A DNA stretch of 16,471 nucleotides from a bacterium (GTDB lineage Bacteria > Eisenbacteria > RBG-16-71-46). The stretch is taken from contig JAYWEM010000166.1 in NCBI GenBank assembly GCA_043779265.1, forward strand, positions 1 to 16,471, read 5' to 3'. The notes under the pieces are model-generated. The model was not told the DNA's origin. It worked only from the letters and a program-made list of their open reading frames with translations, and ran no database searches. The position numbers and the translations under genes were made by a program. Shown piece by piece: positions 9,099 to 16,111 of the stretch; within the stretch, counting starts at the first letter, position 1, and every line of letters starts with the position of its first letter.

Positions 9099-9893
9099 TC
9101 AGCGCCTGCGGCGACTCCGCCCACGAGAGGCCGTGGTGACCTCGGTCACCACGTAAGTGCCGCTGCGGTCGTCTTTTCGGAGGGTCAGCACCTTCGCTTG
9201 CTGGGCGTCCTCCAGCAGTTCGCTGAAGCTGTCGTACCCCAGCGCCCGCTCGCTGAACGCGGGGCGCTTGCGCTTGATGGTGTCCTTGATGAGGGAGGCC
9301 TGGATGGTCTCGAAACCCTCGCGCTGGAGCGCCCGGACCGTGTCCGCCACCAATCGGAACGCCTCGGCCCCGCCTTCGACCGGCTTCTGGCTGGCGGGCT
9401 CCTGGGCGGACTCGGGCTCGAGGTCCTCGTAGTAGATGAACTCGTCGCAGCCATTGGCGAGGAGCGGCGAGGTCGAGGCCCGCATCCCGAGCCCGATGAC
9501 CCGCTTGCCGTTCTCCTTGAGCTTGGAGACGAGCGGTGAGAAGTCGCTGTCGCCCGAGACGATGACGAAGGTGTCGATGTGCTCCTTGCTCCAGGCGAGA
9601 TCCATCGCATCCACGACGAGCCGGATGTCGGCGGAGTTCTTGCCCGTCTGGGCACGCCTCGGGATCTCGATCAGCTCGACGCCGTTCTCATGCAGGGCCT
9701 TCGTGTACTCGCGAAAGCGGTTCCAGTCGGCGTAGGCGATCCGCACGAGGATGCGGCCCTTGTCGAGCAGCCGCTGCAGCACGCGCCGGACATCGAATGA
9801 CTCGTTGCCCTTGAGGCCCAGCGCGATGTTCTCGAAGTCGACGAACACCGCGAGCCGGAGCTGCGTGTCGGAAGAGCCGGAGGATGCGGGCAT
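9099..9893 (-). CDS. NYN-domain (LabA/DUF88, PIN-like) protein with C-terminal OST-HTH/LOTUS domain
   Basis: LAVFVDFENI, AYADW, GKNSADIRLVVDAMDL, IVSGDSDFSPLV and CDEFIYYEDL. C-terminus IKDTIKRKRPAFSERALGYDSFSELLE is OST-HTH-like. Start chosen at ATG 9893 behind AGGAAGG. Confidence 0.9.
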   Translation of the reverse strand: MPASSGSSDTQLRLAVFVDFENIALGLKGNESFDVRRVLQRLLDKGRILVRIAYADWNRFREYTKALHENGVELIEIPRRAQTGKNSADIRLVVDAMDLAWSKEHIDTFVIVSGDSDFSPLVSKLKENGKRVIGLGMRASTSPLLANGCDEFIYYEDLEPESAQEPASQKPVEGGAEAFRLVADTVRALQREGFETIQASLIKDTIKRKRPAFSERALGYDSFSELLEDAQQAKVLTLRKDDRSGTYVVTEVTTASRGRSRRRR

Positions 9894-10023
9894 GTGCGCC
9901 TTCCTGGCGCGGCGACCGACGGAGCGTGGTCGGTCGGCGCTGCGGGCGCCTGACGCCCGGGAGGAGGGATTTGCGGCAGTCGGCATCGGGCCGAACCGCG
10001 CAGGGGACCTCGGGAACGAGGCG

Positions 10024-10032
10024 ACCCTATCA
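10024..10032 (-). promoter_or_regulatory. Extended -10-like element (TGaTAGGGT), candidate promoter of the NYN gene, divergent from the K+ channel promoter
   Basis: Matches TGnTAnnnT inside the short divergent intergenic region. Confidence 0.35.
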
Positions 10033-10096
10033 CACGCCATCGCGCCCGCTCCGCCTCGCTGGCGATGTCCGCTTGGCGCGCTTAGGCTGCGCCCCC

Positions 10097-10924
10097 ATGA
10101 ACGAACCCAAGGAAGCCGCCGGTTGGAGGCGATCCCTGCACCGGATCATCTTCGAGGCCGACACGGGCTTCGGGAAGCTGTTCGACGCGCTGCTGTTGAT
10201 CGCCATCGTCGCCAGCGTGCTCGCGGTGATGTTGGAGAGTGTGTTGACCTTCCGCGTGCAGCACGGCACCGGGCTCCGGATCGCCGAGTGGATGTTCACG
10301 GTGATTTTCACGGTCGAGTACATCCTCCGCCTCGTCATCGTCGAGAAGCCGACGCGCTACGCGCGCAGCTTCTTCGGAGTCGTGGACCTGCTCGCCATCC
10401 TCCCCACTTACCTCTCCCTCTTCCTGCCCGGCGCGCAGACGCTGCTGATCATCCGCGCCCTGCGCCTGCTTCGGATCTTCCGGGTGTTCAAGTTGGGCAG
10501 GTTCCTCGGCGAACAGAACCTGTTGCTCATCTCGATGCGACGCAGTCGCGAGAAGGTGTTCGTCTTCCTCGCCACCGTGCTCGTGCTGGTGATGATCCTC
10601 GGCTCGGCGATGTACCTGATCGAGGGACCGGCTTCGGGCTTCACCAGCATCCCGCGCAGCATGTACTGGGCGATCGTCACGCTCACCACTGTGGGCTACG
10701 GCGATATCGCGCCCAAGACGGGTTACGGGCAGGCGCTCGCGGCTCTGGTGATGGTGCTCGGCTACAGCATCATCGCCGTGCCGACGGGGATCCTCACGGC
10801 GGGTATCGTCGAGGCGGCGCGGCAGCCGATCACGACGCGAGCCTGCCCGCATTGCATGAGCGAAGGGCACGCGTCGACGGCGCTCTTCTGCAAGGATTGT
10901 GGCGACACGCTGCCGGAGGCGTAG
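10097..10924 (+). CDS. Voltage-gated-type (6TM) potassium channel with C-terminal zinc ribbon
   Basis: Start ATG 10097 (MNEPKE), preceded by TAGGCT 8 nt upstream. S4-like RALRLLRIFRVFK, pore helix and filter YWAIVTLTTVGYGDIAPKT, C-terminal CPHC...CKDCG. Confidence 0.92.
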   Translation: MNEPKEAAGWRRSLHRIIFEADTGFGKLFDALLLIAIVASVLAVMLESVLTFRVQHGTGLRIAEWMFTVIFTVEYILRLVIVEKPTRYARSFFGVVDLLAILPTYLSLFLPGAQTLLIIRALRLLRIFRVFKLGRFLGEQNLLLISMRRSREKVFVFLATVLVLVMILGSAMYLIEGPASGFTSIPRSMYWAIVTLTTVGYGDIAPKTGYGQALAALVMVLGYSIIAVPTGILTAGIVEAARQPITTRACPHCMSEGHASTALFCKDCGDTLPEA

Positions 10925-10978
10925 CCGCGCCCAAGGCTGCTTGCAGCCAATGCCTCGCACCGTGCAGACTCATCGCCC

Positions 10979-13468
10979 ATGTCCATCACCTCCGGTTCCC
11001 GCATCGCCCGCTATGAAGTGCGTTCCCTGCTCGGCCGCGGCGCGATGGGCGAGGTGTATCGCGCCTTCGATGACCGCTTGGGCCGTGATGTCGCCATCAA
11101 AGTGCTGCCGGCGGTGTTCAGCGCCGACGCCGAGCGCTTGAGGCGCTTCGATCAGGAGGCCCGCGCCGCGAGCGCCCTCAACCACCCCAACGTGCTGTCG
11201 ATCTTCGACACCGGCACGCATGAGGGCCAGCCCTACATCGTCTCCGAACTGCTCGATGGGGACACGCTGCGGGCACGGCTCTCATCGGGAGCACTGCCCG
11301 TGCGCAAGGTCGCCGAGTTCGGCATCCAGATCGCGCGTGGGCTCTCGGCGGCGCACGCCAAGGGAATCGTGCACCGCGACTTGAAGCCCGAGAACCTGTT
11401 CGTGACTCGGGACGGCCACGTCAAGATCCTCGACTTCGGGCTCGCCAAGTTGATCCGCAATGACGTGGATGCCCAGGTCCCGGGCGACTCGCTCGCCGCG
11501 ACGATGACCGAGGCCGGTCGCGTGCTCGGCACCGTCGGCTACATGGCTCCGGAGCAGGTTCGAGGCGAGCCGGCCGATCATCGGGCCGACCTCTTCGCGC
11601 TCGGCTGCGTCCTGTTCGAGGCGCTGAGCGGCTCTCCCCCGTTCCACCGCGACTCCGCCGTCGAGACGATGGCGGCGATCGTGCGCGAGGACCTGCCGTC
11701 GCTGCCGTTGGAGATCGAGCAGCAGAGCGCCGGACTGGCCGCGCTCATCCGCCGCTGCGTCGAGAAACACGTCGGCGAGCGCTTCGAATCGGCACGCGAC
11801 CTCGCCTTCAGCCTGGAAGCTGTGGGTTCGTTGACACAGTCCGTCGAGGAGGCTGGCGTTGCGGGCTCCGGCGCAGGCGCTGCGGACGTGGCCTACCAGC
11901 GCATCTCGTTCCGGCGCGGCTGCATCTGGTCGGCTCGGTTCACCTCCGACGCCCACTCGGTCATCTACAGTGCGAGTTGGGAGGGCAAGCCGCTCGAGAT
12001 GTTCTGGGCGCATATCGGCAATCCGGAGGCGCGCGCATTGGGGTTCCGCGACACCGATCTGCTCGGCGTCGCGCCCTCCAACGAGATGGCGATGCTGCTC
12101 CGCACCGAGTTCGTGACATCGTTCGATCGGCGCGGCACGCTGGCGCGAGTGCCGCCGATGGGCGGCGCCGCACGGGAACTCCTGCACGATGTGCATGCCG
12201 CCGACTGGAGCCCCGATGGCGCGCAGCTCGCAATCGTCCGTTGGAAGGAGGGCATGCTCCGGCTTGAATACCCGATCGGCAACGTGCTCTACAAGACCGC
12301 CGGGTGGATCAGCGGCGTCCGGATCTCCGCCGACGGGGAGCAGATCGCGTTCCTCGACCACCCGACACGCAACGCCGACTCGGCGACTGTGAGCATCGTG
12401 GACCGCCGGGGCGAGCGCCGCACACTCACCGAAGTCTGGGGCACGATGCGCGGCCTCGCGTGGTCCGCCGACGGCAAGGAGGTGTGGTTCACCGCCGATC
12501 GTGCCGGCGCTGCTCGCGGTCTGTACGCCGTGACGCTCGAGGGCTCGCTCCGCCGCGTGCTGCAGGTGGCGAGCAACCTGACGCTGCACGACGTGGCGCG
12601 CGATGGACGGGTGCTGCTCGCCCACGGCGCCGAGCGGGCGGGGATCAACGGCCAGGCCCCGGGCGACGAGCATGAGCGCGACTACTCATGGCTCGACTGG
12701 TCCCTGCTGCAGGACCTCTCGGCGGACGGACGGATGATCCTGCTCGATGAGACGGCCGAGGGCGGCGGCGAGAAGGGCTCACTCTACCTGCGTCCCATGG
12801 ACGGCTCCCCGGCGATCCGACTCGGCGACGGCTCCGCGCGCACGATCTCGGCGGATGGCCAGTGGGTGATCGGCGCCCAGTACGGCGGTTCACAGGGCTC
12901 GCTGCACCTGTTGCCGACTGGCGTCGGCGAGGCCCGCACGATCCCCACGGGCGATCTCTTCTGTCACTATCCGAGGTGGCTGCCGCAGCCGAACCAACTC
13001 GTCGTCTCGGCGAGCGAACCGGGCAAGGGAGTCCGCCTCTACCGCCTCGACACCGTGACGGGCGACCACGAGCCGATCACGCCCGAAGGCGTGGACTTCA
13101 TGGAGTTCCATGTGCTGCCGGGCGCCACGCACGTCGCGGCGATGAACTCCGACCAGGAGCATCGGACCTACGCGCTCGATGGCGGCGACTCGCTCGCGAT
13201 CCCGCATCTCGGCCGCACCGACCGCATCGTGCAGTGGCTGGGCGACTCGAATTCGGTGCTCGTCTACAGCACGAACGAACTGCCTTCGCGTGTCCAACGA
13301 GTCGATCTCGCGACCGGCGAGCGCACGCTGTGGCGTGAGATCACGCCTCCAGATCCGACGGGCATCTACCGGGTCGGCCGCCTCAAGGCGAGCCAGGACC
13401 TGCGTGCCTACGCGTACACCTACTACATGCAGCTGGTGGACCTGCACGTGGTCGAGGGGTTGCGCTAG
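10979..13468 (+). CDS. Hanks-type Ser/Thr protein kinase with C-terminal TolB/WD40-like (PD40) beta-propeller repeats
   Basis: LGRGAMGEVY, VAIK, HRDLKPEN, KILDFGLAK and GTVGYMAPE. Repeated WSPDG/SADG units in the C-terminal ~520 aa. Confidence 0.93.
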   Translation: MSITSGSRIARYEVRSLLGRGAMGEVYRAFDDRLGRDVAIKVLPAVFSADAERLRRFDQEARAASALNHPNVLSIFDTGTHEGQPYIVSELLDGDTLRARLSSGALPVRKVAEFGIQIARGLSAAHAKGIVHRDLKPENLFVTRDGHVKILDFGLAKLIRNDVDAQVPGDSLAATMTEAGRVLGTVGYMAPEQVRGEPADHRADLFALGCVLFEALSGSPPFHRDSAVETMAAIVREDLPSLPLEIEQQSAGLAALIRRCVEKHVGERFESARDLAFSLEAVGSLTQSVEEAGVAGSGAGAADVAYQRISFRRGCIWSARFTSDAHSVIYSASWEGKPLEMFWAHIGNPEARALGFRDTDLLGVAPSNEMAMLLRTEFVTSFDRRGTLARVPPMGGAARELLHDVHAADWSPDGAQLAIVRWKEGMLRLEYPIGNVLYKTAGWISGVRISADGEQIAFLDHPTRNADSATVSIVDRRGERRTLTEVWGTMRGLAWSADGKEVWFTADRAGAARGLYAVTLEGSLRRVLQVASNLTLHDVARDGRVLLAHGAERAGINGQAPGDEHERDYSWLDWSLLQDLSADGRMILLDETAEGGGEKGSLYLRPMDGSPAIRLGDGSARTISADGQWVIGAQYGGSQGSLHLLPTGVGEARTIPTGDLFCHYPRWLPQPNQLVVSASEPGKGVRLYRLDTVTGDHEPITPEGVDFMEFHVLPGATHVAAMNSDQEHRTYALDGGDSLAIPHLGRTDRIVQWLGDSNSVLVYSTNELPSRVQRVDLATGERTLWREITPPDPTGIYRVGRLKASQDLRAYAYTYYMQLVDLHVVEGLR

Positions 13469-13559
13469 GCACAGGCGGCGTTCATCCCCGACGGGCTCGC
13501 ACCCGAGCGCAAAGCGCCACGGCGGCCCTCGCCTGGCCAGGGGGACCCCGGGTAAGAAC

Positions 13560-13591
13560 TGGAGGCGGCGCCCGGATTCGAACCGGGGAAT
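13560..13591 (-). tRNA. 3' fragment of a tRNA (most like tRNA-Cys): T-arm, acceptor 3' strand and CCA; probable att-site duplication, not a full gene
   Basis: Minus strand ATTCCCCGG-TTCGAAT-CCGGG-CGCCGCC-T-CCA: canonical T stem-loop, U73 discriminator, encoded CCA. No GGCGGCG 5' acceptor strand, D-arm or anticodon arm at the expected upstream position. Confidence 0.85.
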
Positions 13592-13679
13592 CGGTGGCAA
13601 TTGGGAAATCCAGCGGGAACACCGGAAGGCGCTGAGGGGGCCGTGGACGGCCGCGTAGGCCGCGGCGCGCGCGAGCCCG

Positions 13680-14084
13680 GGGCCGCACGCCGCGTGCGAG
13701 GCCAGTTGACGGTTTGGCGCGGTACGGGGCCGCCTTTACCCCGTTCACGGGAAGAACGTCGGCCACCGGGGGCCACTGCCAGAGTTGGCGCGCGGAGGAA
13801 CTTCTGGGGGCGTCGGGCGTGCCGCCAGCAGAAGCGTACGCGCCGCAGCCGGCCCCGGGGAACGCCCGGCCGTCTGCTTCCTAGCTACGGGTTGTCCACT
13901 TCCGCGGCTAGGCCCGCCACCTCGGGTGAAGGGAGCGTGCTCCCACCGCGGGCAGCCTGTTCGAGGCTGGCGGCGGCGGATTGCCTTTCGAGCCTCGCGT
14001 CGGGTGTCAACGGAAACGCGCATCACGGAGCGCAGGCCCTCGCTCATCGGGGCAGGAGCGGGTCAAGTTTGCCCTTCCTGTTTT
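13680..14084 (+). ncRNA. Candidate structured non-coding RNA or long cis-regulatory leader (unclassified)
   Basis: No credible ORF. Consecutive hairpin domains at 13684-13698, 13724-13744, 13787-13844, 13845-13877, 13880-13912, 13913-13952 and 13953-13969. Ends in a hairpin followed by TTTT. Confidence 0.45.
14053..14084 (+). terminator. Intrinsic-terminator-like hairpin with short U-tract
   Basis: CAGGAG-c-GGG...CCC-TTCCTG followed by TTTT. The stem is imperfect. Confidence 0.4.
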
Positions 14085-14225
14085 AGACCGTAGCTGTCCC
14101 GTCGCGACGGGCACGCAATCGCCCGTTCGATCGACGGCTTGAAGAATCACACCTTCCACCTCCACGAGCGCATCGCCGCCATTCGAGCTGCGAGGCTTAG
14201 GCCGCGTAGGCCGTAGGAAGCGCCC

Positions 14226-15008
14226 ATGCGAAAGGATTGCTCGACCCTCGGAGTTCAGCTCGACAACGTTCCAACGATCAACCTACGGAACGAGTTCGTC
14301 TGCCACCTCCATCTGATGAGGCAGACCGAGTTCCGAGACGCGTTCCACAAGCGAGGCGTGATCCAAACACCCTTCTTCACGTGGCACGGATCGCCGGAAG
14401 AGGCGCTCTCGCTGATGGTGCAACGCGCGGTCGCCGGGCTCGAGGCGTGGATCGTTGGCGCGGCCTGGTCCGAGTTGGCCGCCACGGGTCGCATCGCGAC
14501 CCACATTAAGTCTGTCCGGAACCCCGCCTCGCTCTCCGGCAAGGGGATGGCCGAGAAGTACTACTGCTCGCTTCCCGGCCTCGTGTACGCGGAAGTTGCT
14601 CTCGATCGAGCAGACCCTGCGCTATGGAGCCGCACCCAGGTCCTTTACCGGGAGATCCGCAACCCGCTCATGCACGGCTACCAGATTGATGCCGCCTCCG
14701 TGGACGGTGTACTCGAGTGCTTCGAGCACGTCGCGAAGCTCTTTCGATGGACCGACACCTGGCACGACTGGGTCTTTCAGCACCCACCATGGACGGCACC
14801 GATCCACATCATGGCCCGGCGCCTCCTGCTGACGCTTCAGCCTGAAATGGCGCTCGATGCCGAGGATGTGCGCACGACCATTAGCGACTTTGTGCGCGAC
14901 GGCCGATGCTCTCCTGTTCCTGAGCATGAACTCGACCTAATCCAGACGCTTGCCGACCTACTCGCGTGTGCCCGCCGTCACGAAATCCCGCCGCCCTGCT
15001 CAGCGTGA
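14226..15008 (+). CDS. Hypothetical protein with a HEPN-like RxxxxH motif (putative RNase/toxin)
   Basis: 260-aa ORF with AGGAAG RBS and globular, helical-looking composition. LYREIRNPLMHG (R145-N146...H150) with an upstream helical Glu (RAVAGLE73AW). Confidence 0.65.
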   Translation: MRKDCSTLGVQLDNVPTINLRNEFVCHLHLMRQTEFRDAFHKRGVIQTPFFTWHGSPEEALSLMVQRAVAGLEAWIVGAAWSELAATGRIATHIKSVRNPASLSGKGMAEKYYCSLPGLVYAEVALDRADPALWSRTQVLYREIRNPLMHGYQIDAASVDGVLECFEHVAKLFRWTDTWHDWVFQHPPWTAPIHIMARRLLLTLQPEMALDAEDVRTTISDFVRDGRCSPVPEHELDLIQTLADLLACARRHEIPPPCSA

Positions 15009-15074
15009 CGGGAGCGCGAGCAAATTGCGGTAGGCTGAGCGTCACCATCACCATCACAAGCATGAGGAAGCCCA

Positions 15075-15815
15075 GTGAATCCTGAGTTAAGCGCCGCGAT
15101 GGAAACCGTCCGCCACATGATCCTGTGTCTCGGCGGGGCTCAGGTCGTCGTCGTTGGCCTGATTGTCTGGTTCGGTCAGCTTTGGAGAGACCGTCAGCTT
15201 GCAAAGGAGCGGGCCGCCATTGAAACCCGGCTCGCCGACCACAATCACGCTCTTGAGCTGAAGCTTGAGGGCTACCGACTTGAGATCAATGGCGCCCTGG
15301 CCCACTACACGGCTCGCACGGGTCTACTTTCCGAGCTTCAACTCAAGGCCACCGAAGAAATCTGGGGCAAGCTCTTTCGCGTCCAATGGGACGTCGTTCG
15401 TCGCTTGTCGCCGCTCCAGTCGGTGCGGAATGATGGTCCTGGGTTCCCGAATCCCGAAGAACTGCGCGAGGCGTACTTCAAACAAATGCAGGAAGAGTTG
15501 GGGAAGCTGGATGCAGCTCGCCTCGAATTGCTCGAGGTGGTTCATGCGCGTCGCCCCTTCCTGCCGAAGACCCTGTTCGACGAGATGGAGCAGTACAACG
15601 GGCTCTTGTTCGAGACTGTCACGCTGCTTCAGCATCACCTTGAGGATGAGCGCGAGCCCACTCCCGGCGAGGACCGCGATGCCGCGGTGGAGCGCCGGAA
15701 GGGCCATCGAGTGAAGCGCGAGGACTTCGTCAAGCGACTCTCAGACAAGCACGACAAGATAGCCGAGGAGATTCGAGCCCTGACGAGCCCTCCGCCTCCG
15801 AGCTCACTCGAGTAG
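15075..15815 (+). CDS. Hypothetical protein: single N-terminal transmembrane helix followed by coiled-coil/helical domain
   Basis: GTG start behind GAGGAAG (alternative ATG 15099). Hydrophobic ILCLGGAQVVVVGLIVWFG, then heptad-like LAKERAAIETRLADHNHALELKLEGYRLEI. TAGGCT -10-like hexamer at 15031-15036. Confidence 0.75.
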   Translation: MNPELSAAMETVRHMILCLGGAQVVVVGLIVWFGQLWRDRQLAKERAAIETRLADHNHALELKLEGYRLEINGALAHYTARTGLLSELQLKATEEIWGKLFRVQWDVVRRLSPLQSVRNDGPGFPNPEELREAYFKQMQEELGKLDAARLELLEVVHARRPFLPKTLFDEMEQYNGLLFETVTLLQHHLEDEREPTPGEDRDAAVERRKGHRVKREDFVKRLSDKHDKIAEEIRALTSPPPPSSLE

Positions 15816-16111
15816 CCAAGCTATGGATAGGCCCATCGGCTCCAGAGGCGCTCGAACTGGGAGCGCCTGGGCGAAGGCCAAGGCCGTGAAGGCGAGTCAC
15901 CGCGCGAAGGCCATGGGTTTCTGGAACCACCCGCAACGGAAGAAACGAAAGAACCCAACAATAGGCGGCCTGGGAGCCGGCGAAACCAGCGACCCACTGC
16001 CACACCCTGCGTTGGACGAAACCGACTCCGCATCCGATGTTCTACCCAGCCCGGACTCGCACCGATCTGCCCGCCGTGATCTGCTCCAAGTTGAAAGAGC
16101 CGCGCGGTCGT

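Larger units (their letters stand above)
13649..14213 (+). repeat. Pair of exact 14-bp direct repeats GGCCGCGTAGGCCG (13649-13662 and 14200-14213)
   Basis: Read directly from the sequence. The copies bracket the structured non-coding region. Confidence 0.8.

Noticed and set aside
386..13600. Many long overlapping or antisense ORFs (e.g. 386..1417 +, 2949..5003 -, 5039..6256 -, 6846..7778 +, 9751..11016 +, 11282..12673 -)
   Set aside because: Shadow frames of well-supported genes in high-GC DNA. They are Arg/Ala/Pro-rich or mirror-codon translations with no family motifs.
13560..13830. Complete or intron-split tRNA on the minus strand
   Set aside because: No 5' half with D-arm and anticodon arm found upstream. 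The match ends at the variable loop, not in the anticodon loop where bacterial group I introns insert.
13601..14093. ORFs 13601..14086, 13785..14093, 13745..14047, 13465..13776 and 13482..13766
   Set aside because: Low-complexity R/G/P/A composition, no RBS or motifs, and mutually overlapping. The region is better explained as non-coding.
14083..14113. Resemblance on the minus strand to a c-di-GMP-I (GEMM) riboswitch (CCCGTC..GACGGGAC..AGCTACGGTCTAA)
   Set aside because: Lacks the 5' GGCAAA, a proper GNRA tetraloop, the GCAAA junction and the closing 3' strand, and there is no downstream gene on that strand. An Rfam scan would settle it.
15043..15057. CACCATCACCATCAC as a His-tag or vector contamination
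   Set aside because: Only five codons, intergenic, not in frame with an ORF end, and no vector sequence around it.
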